DNA of 64,000 nt from contig CM052850.1 of the NCBI GenBank assembly GCA_028534125.1, forward strand, positions 1,240,001-1,304,000, read 5' to 3'. Positions 1 through 11,541 of the stretch are shown here, piece by piece. Every line of letters starts with the position of its first letter. Position 1 is the first letter of the stretch. This DNA comes from Lama glama (lineage: Eukaryota). Under the pieces are notes generated by a model. The model ran no database searches. It had not been told where the DNA came from and saw only the letters and a program-made list of their open reading frames with translations. Position numbers and translations under genes: made by a program.

Positions 1-318
1 AGCATTGCTGTCTCTGGTGACTTTCCTATTAGGTATCAAACACATTAAAACCTGAAGTAAGTGGAAGTTTCTAATTTAGTGCTTCTCTGGTAACTTTTTG
101 AAAAGTCTAATCCGTTATCACATCTAAGACAGAAACCAGTAATAAGATGGCTAAATCCTACATTCGCTCTTACCTCCGATCACTTCCCAATGCTGACTTT
201 TCCCTGTGGCACAACTGGCGGTGGAGAAGGTCTGGCAAAAGGTCTGGTAAACGATCCAGATGAGGTCACTTTCCTATATACGGGATTTGAAATCAATGTG
301 TACTTTTCCTTTTATCAG

Positions 319-425
319 TGAATGAAGAATGGCTGGAAGGGGAGTGCAAAGGGAAGGTTGGCATCTTCCCCAAAGCTTTCGTTGAAGAACGCGCAGACTT
401 GGAAAGCAGTCCCAGGCGAGTCTAG
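319..425 (+). CDS. NCF2: NCF2 (p67phox) last coding exon, end of C-terminal SH3 domain
   Basis: Acceptor ttttatcag at 317-318; translates (V)[34 protein letters not shown], with the SH3 WxxG...G.FP motif and matching the recalled p67phox C-terminus; NCF2 is the known tail-to-tail neighbour of SMG7. Confidence 0.95.
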
Positions 426-654
426 GAGGTTTCACAGGAAAAGGAAGCACCACCACGTGCAAGACGCAGCACGGCTCTGCAGCATACTGCACAGACGTCA
501 CCGTGTTGAGGTGCTAGCTCGCCTACTTCTCCCGGCTAACACTTGACCCATCAGACAATGACGTGAGATTCCCCTGGGGGCAGGGAGGGGTGGTGGCTGG
601 AAGAGTCTGGAAGGGCATCAGGGAGCCCCGGGGGTGCTGATAATCTGCTTCCTG

Positions 655-760
655 CTCTGAGTGCTGGCTACCAGATGGGTGCAGTTCGTGAAAATTCACC
701 GAGTTGTACCCTGATAATTGGTACACTTCTCTGTATGTGATGCCTCAATAAAAAATTTAC
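655..760 (+). mobile_element. Ancient L1 (L1M-type) 3' terminus inside the NCF2 3'UTR
   Basis: gtgaaaattcaccgagttgtac...ttctctgtatgtgatgcctcaataaaaa resembles L1MC/L1ME 3' ends. Confidence 0.55.
747..752 (+). promoter_or_regulatory. NCF2: Candidate NCF2 polyadenylation signal AATAAA
   Basis: First AATAAA about 320 nt after the NCF2 stop codon. Confidence 0.55.
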
Positions 761-1583
761 AAAAACAAGACACCCCGAGTGCAGGCCCCAGACCTAAGTG
801 TAAGTGCCCCTACTCCTGCACCATCACTGTCCCAGACACCCAGGGCCTGAGGGAACTTTAGGGGTGATTCAGAAGGTGTGCACACACACACAATTTTTTT
901 TTTTTTTTTTTAGTTAAAATCCTCAATGCTTAAACAGAACCTACACTGGGTTAGGTGCCCCCGGAACATAGCTGCTAACCCCACAGAGAAGTAAAATACT
1001 AGAATCCCAGGCCCTCATGCCTCCTCAGGGAGGGACATTTGTTCAGGGCTCAATACTGAATCCACGCCACTGACAGGTAAGTGCGCCCATCCTGTCAGAT
1101 GACGTTTATAATACGTACTATAACGATGTACATAATAGATTGCTACGGCTTTATTTTGGTTATCATTTACCCAAACTACCTGGTTTTTCAGGGTTACCTT
1201 GGGTAAAAGATTCCATTAAATACTAGACCTTCAAAGACGTGGCCGCACTCCCCCTTTCTCTTACAGAATACACGAGGCATTGTGAACAGTGTGTCAAGGG
1301 TGTAGGTGCTTGTGGAAAGCAGAGCTAGGAAGTGAAGTGCAGGCTCAGTCAACATCAGGCGACAGGACAGCTGGTCGTCGTGCTGAACACGGACAGGCGG
1401 GCCGTGCCACTGGCTCCAGGCGCACCGCCAAGGCCCAGCGGGCTGCTGCTGGAAATTTGGGACACAACTCAAAGGAAACACAGCCCCAAAGCTAGGAACA
1501 CTAGTTACTACCTCTGAGTTGCCTTATTAACAGCAACAAAGGGGATAAAAACGCTGGGTTAGCCCACCTGCATAAGCCATCTA

Positions 1584-1589
1584 TTTATT
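1584..1589 (-). promoter_or_regulatory. SMG7: Candidate SMG7 polyadenylation signal (AATAAA on - strand)
   Basis: tttatt at 1584-1589 gives a 3'UTR of about 2.5 kb; a second candidate lies at 1150-1155. Confidence 0.55.
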
Positions 1590-2769
1590 AAAAGAATTTT
1601 GCCAGTTTCTACCCACCCCTTTCCATAGTCATGCACACTGGTTTAGAATGCGACTAAAAGCAAAAACAACCCCGAAGTGTGTTCGATTCTTGACCATCTT
1701 TGCTTCCCCTAGATGACTCGTGAGCAGTTCAGGCTTTCATTTGGCTGGATTTTCTTTTAGGACAGAAGAACAACCTATACACAGGGCTGGTTGGAGAACG
1801 TGGTTTAATTAAAGGCAAAGCCGATTTCAGCAGCTGCAGGGCTTGCACAGACAGACCGAAACAAAACAAAAAACAAAAACAGAAACAAAGCACAGAAGAA
1901 AGTTTACTACACAAAACCAGCTTCCAGTGAAGAGCCTCCTCTCCTCCCCACTGCTCCACGCTGAAGGCTGCAGGGCGAGGGCTCCCGCCCCGAGCGTCAG
2001 GGAGCATTCCACACACCGAATTCTCATGCAGAAACGGGGCTGTGGGTGGGACGTGGGCACTTCGGGGAGCGAGACGACGAACCTGGTCAGCCTGTCGAGG
2101 GCGCAAGAACCGGTGACAGTTCAAACACTGGAATGTCGCAGCTGCCTGAATGCAGAGCTCAAACACACGATGTGGGCGGAGGCGGCAGGGAAGGAGGCTC
2201 GGGAGGGAGGGAATGGGGGGAGAGGTGGCACGGGGAAGGGGCTGGAGAGAAGCACAGAGGATTTCATGTTGCCATTGGGTGGGGGACTTCACCCATTCAG
2301 ACCTTTCAAAAAACAAAACAAAAACAAAAAACCCAAACACCATGTCAAACTAAAAGAGCAATCATGTAAGCACACGGGACTCCAACCGCTCTAGCAAGAG
2401 CAGTGAGTGTTCCCCTCGCCCCTTGTCACTGCCGGGGCTGCCCGGACTCCAGTGACACCCGGGCTCCTGGATGTGCTTGGCTCTGCAGCCGCTCTCCAGC
2501 TGGGGTCCCACACTAACCCCACACACGCACACACCCCGCCCCTCCCCTGGGGGGCAGCTGGGCATGCGCACCTGCACACGGACACGCACACGTACACGAG
2601 AGACCTCCCAGGAAACAGACCCTACCACTAGCACAGCAACTGGACATTCATCAGATTGTTTCCATAATTTCCCCTTAAAATATTACTTTTCTAGGAAATA
2701 ACTATCAGAAATGCTGTCCTTCTGTTTCTACACAAGAACATTTTCAGTCCTCTTTCCTTCTAATAAATA

Positions 2770-2994
2770 TCAAATAAAAGTTGATTTTCCTTTCTTTCGC
2801 CTTTTCCAGAAGGGACTTCGTTGCGCTTTCTTCTGTGCGGGACGCACACGTGTCCGTGCTGCCCTGGGTCTCACTCTGGAGGCGGAGGCTGGGAGGCCGT
2901 GGCGGACGGCCCCTCGGTGGGCTCAGCAGACGCCACTGCTTCCTTTCTCTCAGACTGTCTTTGGGCCCCCCTCCTGGCCCCGTGCTGCTGCTCC
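2770..2994 (-). pseudogene. SMG7: Disrupted homologue of the human SMG7 alternative C-terminal coding exon
   Basis: One frame reads GSSGVC*AHRG...LPASASRVRPRAARTRVRPAQKKAQRSPFWKRRKKGKSTFI*, resembling the recalled human alternative tail ending PFWKRRKKGK; in-frame TGA at 2923-2925; acceptor-like gccag at 2995-2996. Confidence 0.6.
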
Positions 2995-4042
2995 CTGGCG
3001 AGATGTTGTACACATTAGGAGTAAACACAATTACCAGCACACAGCGTAGGGCAGAAAGGGGGATGGAGGTAGGGACAGCAGGAGGTGGGTGGTAGGTAGG
3101 ATGGGGGCACAAAAACCAACCAAACGAAAAATAATCACACTGAAAGCTTCTACCTATTAAAATGTGTCAGGCCGCGAGTGGACTAGCCTGCCTTCCATAG
3201 ACGGCTTGCTATGCTACCGTAAAATGTACAGGAATCGAAAACGTTCATTTAAAATCCTACAGCAGTCGTCAGCTAGTCCAGACCAGCACCACCACCCACA
3301 CTGCGTCCTCCACTGGGGCTCGAGCACCGACAGAGAGAGGGGTGCTTCCTGCTGGAGTCTCCAGGCCAGAGGAGGGCACACCAGAACCTTCTGGGTGAAA
3401 GTGGAGGCCTCTGTCCTCTCCCTTCTGGAACACTCCCCTGGCGGAAGAGGTCAGTCCCCCCTCCGGTCACCGCCAGCCTCACACAGGAGCAGCGCATGGG
3501 GCTTTCCTTGCTACACACTGACTAGAAGCACGTCTGTGTATGGAAGAGTTCAGTGTGATGTTTCACTACTGAGAGTAATAACAATAATAAAAGATGTTCA
3601 GGAGTAATTTCAACTACATTCTCAGTCAGCAAAGCAATCATTAATGGATTCCTATTTTATTCCCCAAAGAGGAAAAAAAGGACTGAGACGTTCCCACTGG
3701 CTTCTCCCATCTGCCTTCCCTTCTCAGCTTTCACTGCCCGTGTGGCTGGGGACATGCACGACGGAGAAGGGGGGAGGCGGTGATGTCAGGTAACTGAGTG
3801 AGACGAGCAGCAGCTCCTTCCCCTCCGCAAGGCCCCGGGGGACGGACAGTTCCTGGTGGTTTTTCTTTTTGTTGCACTGCGGACATTTCGTGCACACTCA
3901 GCGGGCTGGTGGACGCTTACACCCTCTCAACAGCAAGGAACAGAAAAGAGGGCTGCCACCTGCAGGGGACTGCGTGGGCCAGTCCTGCACGCCCAGCATG
4001 CCATGGTTTATGGAGCCTTCGTTCCCAGGGCTGCCCCTCGGC

Positions 4043-4156
4043 TCAGTGTGGAGGGTTCATGGTGCCGTGTCCCCGCTGCTGCTTCTGCTTCTGCTGCATT
4101 AACAGCTGCTCCAGAGCGGAAGGTCCAGGATGCATCATGGAGCTGGACCAGATAGA
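4043..4156 (-). CDS. SMG7: SMG7 last coding exon (exon 22)
   Basis: ttttcag|SIWSSSMMHPGPSALEQLLMQQKQKQQRGHGTMNPPH*; 114 nt, phase 0. Confidence 0.96.
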   Translation of the reverse strand, partial: SIWSSSMMHPGPSALEQLLMQQKQKQQRGHGTMNPPH

Positions 4157-4777
4157 CTGAAAAACAGTCCAGAGCTTGTCAGCAGAGGTCAAGTGCCTGG
4201 TTGTCTGAAAGGGATTTCCTTTTTAATCCCAGCCAAACACAAAGGCATTTATGTCCCAAGATTTCCCACCCCTAAAAAAATCCAGCTATGAGCAAAAGTT
4301 GTTGTAGACCAGGTCTCCCAGACTGACCAGTCCTCATGAAGATCATTTTAAACCAGAAAAGCTGAAAGGATGTTTCAAACGAAGTCTTTTTTTTTTTTTA
4401 ACTAAAACTCAGCTCCATGTGAGACCACAGAGCATTTACTAGAAAGGTTTTAGGCAAACAACACATGTCTAAAATTAGATATCCTTCTTCTACTTATTCA
4501 GAAAAGGCTTAAATAAAATATTCCAAGATGAGTCAGAATTTTCTTAATCTTAGACTCCAGCTAAAGACTTCATGCCCGTCCCAAAGATACTGCTTCATCA
4601 CTAGCAAATTCACAAATTAAAAAAAAAAAATAGCAATCCTATTCAAGAATTTTATAAGGCAGGTAAAGGTAAGGGAAGTGCCATGAATCAGTCAGTTCGA
4701 AGGGCTTTAGGAGTGAGACTAGCCCTGTGAACAGAAGCAGAGACGTCTCCTGTGGTTCTTGCTCCCGGCCCACTCAC

Positions 4778-4923
4778 CTTTAAGCTTTCCATGAGCACAG
4801 CAGAGGAATCCTCCATGGAGGGACCATGGCCTGCCCAGGAGCCACCCGGAGTGCTGGCCTGATGCCAACTGCTCTCAGAAGATGACGTTGCTGAGAGGTA
4901 ATCAATGCCAAACCCCCCCATGG
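4778..4923 (-). CDS. SMG7: SMG7 exon 21
   Basis: cctag|(A)MGGFGIDYLSATSSSESSWHQ...AVLMESLK|gtgagt; 146 nt. Confidence 0.96.
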
Positions 4924-5025
4924 CTAGGAATGAAGAGAGATAAGAATAACTCAAGATGACGTGCTACCAGTGTCAAATGCCCGAAGCCAGGGAAGGATCG
5001 CTAAGCAGTGAAGTCCGGACCTCAC

Positions 5026-5196
5026 CTGGCTTATCAGTTTTCCATCGATCTGCAGTTCTCCTGTCCCTGTTATCTGGAGTCCCAATGGGTCCAAAATTGG
5101 AGAACGGGACAGAATTATGGTTGTGTGTTGGAGGGGAGCTCGGCAGGCTGCTTGGGTTCGAGGAATGAGGAGATTGGCTGGCTGGTGTTGAATGGT
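5026..5196 (-). CDS. SMG7: SMG7 exon 20
   Basis: atag|(D)HSTPASQSPHSSNPSSLPSSPP...RWKTDKP|gtgag; 171 nt. Confidence 0.96.
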
Positions 5197-5888
5197 CTAT
5201 TAAAGAACAGCAATACAGGACATTAAATAGAGGAAGATGCTCCACAGACATCCCAAGAATGAAGGTTTCCTGTAGTTCTGATCCCTTGAATTCTGCTACA
5301 AATAACCATACAGCTTTGGGGGAAAGGCAAAACGAAGGCCCCAAAAGGGAGCCTGCCAGATGTGCTGTCTCACTGTACACATCTAAGGCACGCTCCTTGC
5401 CTTAAAACAGAACAGCAGACAATTTTTCCAAGTGCACGCACTGTTTTGGTATGCCTGTTTCAGGTAAGTATATACTCGTCTTCTCTGTCAGAAAGAACTG
5501 CCTAACCTTAAGAACTACTACTAATTTTTTCTAAAAAGTGCCAACTTTTCCTGCAAAGAATGAGTTATCTACAAATAAAACTAAAAAACAGCTGGAACCC
5601 TCTAGATAAAACCCCATATCTTTCTCCCTTCACAACTCTGCTAGTTAAACAGAGGATGCAGACAGAGCAGCTTTTTTAGTGGCATTTATTATGTGAACCA
5701 GCTCATCAGGCATTCCCCCTCTATTTTCTTTCAGAAATTACTTTAAAAACAAACAAAAAAACCCCAAATAGAAATGAACAAAACCCACCAAAGCACCAAT
5801 ATACTTATAATCTCAAAACCACACTCTCCCCTAATCAGTGTCCGTGCACGGGAGGCGTACAGCCTGCGGCGCAGAGACCGGGCAGCAC

Positions 5889-6048
5889 CTGAGCTGGCCG
5901 GGAGTGACGGCGACCACGGGGTTCCTTCAAACAGGGAGTACAGCGACGCTTCCTGCGGGGCCGCCGAGGGGCGCGGTTCCGCTTTGGAGCTAGTGGTGAG
6001 GCTTTTCCCATACACCTCGTTGAACACGCTGTTATTTGGGTATCTTTC
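5889..6048 (-). CDS. SMG7: SMG7 exon 19
   Basis: ttcag|ERYPNNSVFNEVYGK...LYSLFEGTPWSPSLPASS|gtgctg; 160 nt. Confidence 0.95.
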
Positions 6049-6551
6049 CTGAAAGAAAATAACCACCAAGTTAACAAACTCACACCTAAGAAGGAGATTT
6101 AAGAAAACGCAGTGTTCATGCTTATGGATGCTTGATACATCCTCAGCTTTTCTTAGCAAACAAACTTTTAAAGGCTTTTATTTCTGTTTCTTTCAGCTTT
6201 CCTATTTAATTCATTTCACCTTTGCTCCTCCCTCGCTCACCCTTTTGCTCTATGTAAACCACCCTGATTAAAAAGTAGGAATAATTTTGGGGCTGAACAA
6301 CAGAGCCCCCAAGGATTTTCACATTAATGAGAAGTTAAAGGGTTCACACTTATATAACACACAAGTTTCTAGTACACCTTCATCAGAGAGGGGAGGGCTG
6401 TGGGAGGGCGGGGAATAAAATCAAATACCTGGAAGATACCAATATACGTAAGAGAAAGAAAAGAGAAAAACAGGCACATTGCAACAGAGCAGGAGAGAAA
6501 ACACCAGCCCACAATAAAAGCACAAAGCAGGATTTCCCACTGTTTACGCAC

Positions 6552-6632
6552 CTGGTTGAGAGAGAATCCGGTGAGGGACAGAAAAGAGGATGAATGTGAC
6601 ATGAGCTCTGAGGGCTTCTCCAATAAGGATTT
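6552..6632 (-). CDS. SMG7: SMG7 exon 18
   Basis: gtgaag|KSLLEKPSELMSHSSSFLSLTGFSLNQ|gtgcgt; 81 nt, phase 0-0; atypical acceptor. Confidence 0.9.
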
Positions 6633-8602
6633 CTTCACGGTCCCGGAAAAAAAGGTAGTTAAATTATGCCTTCCATTTTCTTCATATTAATTTTAAGACA
6701 CCATACAACCGAAGTAAAGGACCACAATGTAATAAGCACACTTGTACTCACCTCTCCTGTACAATGTAAAGTTCTGAAGATGAAAATGCAAATCTGTTAA
6801 TACCGTGCCGCCAGCTAATAAGTGCCAGCTGCCACAGGCACGCCAGGGAGAACGCTCCTTGATCGGTGCCTCTAGTCTCGCACAGAGACCCCGGCAGGAA
6901 GCAGACACACCTTGGCAACTGGCACTTCTGAGTGTCCACTAGGCAAGAACCTCAGGGATCCCTTTGTCAACAGTTCAGTTCGAAACATTCTCAAAACAAG
7001 ATGCTGAACTGGTCTGGCACTGTTTTCTATCCAAATTTTTAAAACACTGACATTAATGACTTTAAAGAAGCCTTTAAATCCACTTGACAACGGGTTTCTA
7101 AGCAGCTCTACCTGTGGTATGTACTAAATAGTCGCTAAAGTCAACCTCAGCCCTAAGAAAGCGACTAAATTAAAAAAAAAAAAGCTGACCCTCTGATGCT
7201 CGCTGTTACTGAATAGTTGGTCACAAAGCATTTATTAACACCTGCTACATGCACGGCACTGTCACACGTGACATTACATCATTAACAATGTTAAATACAG
7301 GAAGGGCTACAGTCAAGGTTTTTTTTAAAACATGAAAAAAAAAAAACCCCACTAAAAAGCCCCCACTTCCCTCACACCCCTGCCACCCCCAGCTTGTTCT
7401 ACCACCATCTTCACTTCCAGCGTAAGGGCAAGCACGGCAGGGACGGAGGGATCAGGAAACCAGTGGACAGACAGGCGCCCCCCCCAGCCCCTCAAGTCCC
7501 CCAGCAAAAAGGTAGCAAGAAAGAAAAGCAGCAGGAAACGCAGAGGCAGCAGGTGGCACCTGGGCTTCCTGCAGTCCCTGGGCGTTTGCGTGTCCAGGGG
7601 AGCTTTTATTTTTGCTAATTTGGGGGTGGGGGTGGGAGGTGTCTATGGCCACTCACTCAGTAAAATTTTTTAAGAGAACTTCACGTGCCAGGGACAGCAG
7701 CTTCTGTCATGAGAGCCATTAAGCTTTTACTTCTCCTAATACTAAAATCAATGCACTTTAATCTTATGAATGTATTTTTCCCCCTTGTGTTTATGGGGAA
7801 AAAACAGCAAAAAGGTGGAATTCAGATTTGTTTTATGATTTATTAAGATGGTGTGAAGGGAGGAGGGAAAAAAAACTCACAACACATCTTTCTTACAGTC
7901 CTCTACCTTCGTAAAATAAAACATGTAAACGGTGGCAGACTGGGTTACAGAAGACTATTTTAAAAAGCTACCACTAATCAATTCTCAGACTTCATTTCCT
8001 GCCATTCTAGTTATTTGCCTCTGTGCTCACTCACTGACGGTCCTCCGGTGTTTGTAAACAGAATCCTCTTCATTCTCACTCATTCTGTTTATGAATCTGG
8101 CTCTGAATTTAGATCAGGGCTCTTAGTTTAACCCAACAGAAAAGAACCACATACTGTTTGGTAAAACCATTCTAGAATCTTTTTATTCAGTAGAACATCT
8201 AGAACATTATTTCATTTCATACTCTGAGTACATGAGGAAAAATCTCACTGTTCCTAAACAAGATTCAATGACACCCGGAGTTCCTGGATCCGGACGGCAG
8301 TGCCACCTGAAAGGAGAGCTAGTGCGCCAGCATCACATCGGTGTGTGAGCAGCTCTGCAGGGTGCTTTCTGGGGAACACGCATAACAAAGCTCTGGTTGA
8401 GATCTGGGGAAGCTATGGAGTCAGAAATGTTTTGCCATATTCTACCAACACTTGAAGGTTAGTCTGGGCAGTCAGGAAGTAAGTTTTAAAATTCTGTCAA
8501 GGAGGAAAGCCCTAGAAAGAAGACACCACCTTTATAAGGACTACAGAATCTCAGAAAAGCAGCTGGGTTAGAGCAAGAAGAAGAATCACGTCAAATACAT
8601 AC

Positions 8603-8752
8603 AAAGAGGCTTCGTCCAGGAAGGGAGGCGAGAGGCCCCAGCAGAGCTGGGTAAAGATCAGGAGGGTTAGAAAAAATCAGCTCTTCCTCCTCCTCCAAGG
8701 CAGCCAGACTCTTTAACAGGTCCGGAGGGAGCAGAGGGGAGCCCTTGGGGTC
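8603..8752 (-). CDS. SMG7: SMG7 alternative cassette exon (50 aa)
   Basis: cactag|DPKGSPLLPPDLLKSLAALEEEEELIFSNPPDLYPALLGPLASLPGRSLF|gtatgt; 150 nt, phase 0-0, open; matches a recalled SMG7 isoform insert. Confidence 0.88.
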
Positions 8753-9527
8753 CTAGTGACAGAAAGGATCACAGTGAGACGCTGTAAGACAAAGGCACAA
8801 AGGAGCAGTAGTACGATTAGGGGGATGAAGGCAACTTTAGTCCAGGAGGAAGAAGTGATGAACAGGGAGACAGCATTAAGCAAAGAGGAAGAGGCTCTGA
8901 AACCCCAAAGCACAGCGACACAAGGACAATGGCAGAGGACGGCCAAGGCAACAGAAAGCAGCCAGAACAGTGGCAAACACAGAGCAGGACAGGAAAGGGC
9001 AACGTGGGCAGTGAGTAAAGCAATGCAGCGGAGCAACGTGATCAGCACACCTTGTGCTAAAAACCAGAGAAACAGCTTTTTTGAAAGTTACAAACACACA
9101 CCTGTTTCTCACGAATAAAAGGGTCAATAAAAGACAGCTCCACTATCAAACATAACTGGCTGACTTGGTTCCCCTCAGAAAGCAATTTGCTCAAATATGC
9201 AGCAAACCTATTTTTAACTTAGATGATTCAGCCTGACTGCGAGGAGCTTTGCCTCAGAATTCTCTAACGCGCTATGTTAGAGACTTCTGCACGCTGTCTC
9301 TCTGCCAGACCAGCATCCCAGTTCACAGTCAGGAACAGAACTCTCCAGCTGCCCCAAACCAGGCGCGGGGCGCCCCTGTGCAGGAGACCCAGCGCCGCGC
9401 TGCGCACCCAGCAGCACTCTGCAGCCTAATGGGTCGGAGCGACCTTTACAGACACCTAGTTGAGAGTCAAAAGACACGCAGCCCAGACCTATCTGCGGAG
9501 GGCCTGGTGACGGGAAAGGACACACAC

Positions 9528-9899
9528 CTCGAACGGCATCCCGGGCGCAGGGTCCTGCTCTGGACGGAAGGCTCCTGGGGACCGCTTGCCCCTGCGGTCC
9601 ACGTTCGCTGGCTGCGCCATGACAGCCCTGTTGTCGGCCANNNNNNNNNNNNNNNNNNNNNNNNNNNNNNNNNNNNNNNNNNNNNNNNNNNNNNNNNNNN
9701 NNNNNNNNNNNNNNNNNNNNNNNNNNNNNNNNNNNNNNNNNNNNNNNNNNNNNNNNNNNNNNNNNNNNNNNNNNNNNNNNNNNNNNNNNNNNNNNNNNNN
9801 NNNNNNNNNNNNNNNNNNNNNNNNNNNNNNNNNNNNNNNNNNNNNNNNNNNNNNNNNNNNNNNNNNNNNNNNNNNNNNNNNNNNNNNNNNNNNNNNNNN
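9528..9899 (-). CDS. SMG7: SMG7 exon 17 (5' part masked by N)
   Basis: Visible part ADNRAVMAQPANVDRRGKRSPGAFRPEQDPAPGMPFE|gtgtgt; the pyrimidine tract ctctttttta abuts the N-run at 9901; inferred length 372 nt. Confidence 0.88.
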
Positions 9900-10533
9900 N
9901 TAAAAAAGAGACGCTTGTCACCAACGCGAGGATGAAACGCAATGCCACTTACACTCAGTGCCCAGGAATCAGTGAGCCTCGGAGGCTTTGCCACCAACAG
10001 AGCTCTAGGCAACGCAGTTCCCTTTACCCTTCAGGCTTTCCAATACACAGAGCTTTCTGGGAACAGATTAAGGGCACTAAACTCATATTCTCTTTCAATT
10101 TCATTAGTTATGAGCCTTAATAAATGAGCGTGAGTGTGGTGCACGCGCACTTCCCCGGCTGCTTCAAGTGCTGTGGGGATGACAATGTTGAAGACTGGTT
10201 GAAGACTTAACAATCTCATCAAGATTATGATTCTATTCCCTTTCTTTAGTTTAGCTGTCTAATAGGAGAAATTATTTACAGAAAATCGTTTTCTATAAAG
10301 CTGACAAGCAGTAGCATCAAAGAACGGCAGTTAAGATCTATTATCCTTTACAAAAGTGAAACACTTGAACTTCCTCAACCAGCAAAGAGGAGACAAGTAT
10401 TCCCATAGCCATTACAAGTCTAAGCGGGAAGCAGCTGCATCTTAACCAGCAGTCTTAGTCAACCCAACACTGAGCACGCCCAGCCTCCCTCCCGCCTCTC
10501 CTCAGCCGGGCAGCGCGCGAGACTGCACCTTAC

Positions 10534-10916
10534 CTGCTGGAATCCAGAGTGGTGAGGAGGGCTCTTCCCCAAAGCTGGCACAGCTTTTGCAGGGGACTGC
10601 TGTTGCTGAGCGAGAGCTTGAACCTGCAACTGGCTTGTGGACTGGGCTGCTGGCTGAGCTGGTAGAGACGTAAGGGGCTGCTGGGCAGGTGGCTGTGGCT
10701 GTTGAGGTCCCTGGTTCACTGGCCCNNNNNNNNNNNNNNNNNNNNNNNNNNNNNNNNNNNNNNNNNNNNNNNNNNNNNNNNNNNNNNNNNNNNNNNNNNN
10801 NNNNNNNNNNNNNNNNNNNNNNNNNNNNNNNNNNNNNNNNNNNNNNNNNNNNNNNNNNNNNNNNNNNNNNNNNNNNNNNNNNNNNNNNNNNNNNNNNTAC
10901 GTTGGGGGCGGGAACC
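10534..10916 (-). CDS. SMG7: SMG7 exon 16 (Pro/Gln-rich, partly masked)
   Basis: ttgaag|(G)FPPPT...GPVNQGPQQPQPPAQQ...KSPPHHSGFQQ|gtaagg; 383 nt, frame preserved across the N-run. Confidence 0.93.
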
Positions 10917-11396
10917 CTTCAAAAGAGAGTAACACAGCTTTAGTTCTAAGGAAACTTAGCAAAAGAAAGGCAAAAATAAGTCATTTTGGGGTGGGACGGA
11001 GAAGAGGTCTTCTAATAACTTATAAAAGGCAGGGGTAAACCATCACATAAGATTGGTCAAGTGTCCATCTTTAACCCGATTTCAAGAATTAAATATAGAC
11101 TGTTGGCTGCTACTTCCATGCACTGAAGTGACTGGAGTGCACAAAAGGCAGTTTTGTAGATGTCATGTTTAGTGACAAGAATTCTTCATAATAACAAGCC
11201 CGCACTTATACACAGACTAAGAGAAATGGCTCAAAAATGATTCCATAAACATTCAGGAAAAGAGAACTTTCTTCTACCTTTTAACATTACGGTTTAGCAA
11301 TGTCATTCAGAGTATAAAATTATTCAGTGGGTGAACAGAAACTCCTACACATACTGAATTCAGTAAAAAAAAAAAATGACAGAACGTATTATTTAC

Positions 11397-11541
11397 CTGG
11401 CCGGCTGGGAAGAGGGGGGAAGGCTCCAGGGTGATGGATGGGGATGAACTGGGAGTTACTTGCTTGACTTGGGGTTTGAGTGACAGGTGTTTTCCTGGCT
11501 TCAGACACTGGAGTCTTTCTTAACTCTGTCTGGGACTTTAC
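11397..11541 (-). CDS. SMG7: SMG7 exon 15
   Basis: catag|VKSQTELRKTPVSEARKTPVTQTPSQASNSQFIPIHHPGAFPPLPSRP|gtaaat; 145 nt. Confidence 0.95.

Larger units (their letters stand above)
1565..4042 (-). other. SMG7: SMG7 long 3'UTR (distal end approximate)
   Basis: Lies between the stop codon at 4043-4045 and the polyA signal at 1584; no interspersed repeats recognised. Confidence 0.65.

Noticed and set aside
1729-3607. Overlapping 100-200 aa ORFs in both orientations
   Set aside because: They fall in the GC-rich SMG7 3'UTR, resemble no protein I know, and include low-complexity A/T runs; chance ORFs
7394-8470. Possible additional exons in the repeat-free intron between the cassette exon and exon 18
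   Set aside because: No convincing acceptor/donor pair or recognisable peptide; conservation cannot be assessed here
8713-9127. Hydrophobic 111-aa ORF resembling a membrane peptide, and its antisense partner
   Set aside because: A by-product of the pyrimidine-rich intron tract; no ATG start and it overlaps the cassette-exon acceptor
9249-10012. Long ORFs spanning N-runs (also near 26.7, 32.5, 35.4 and 63.7 kb)
   Set aside because: Their length is inflated by X codons; only the SMG7 exon frames are supported
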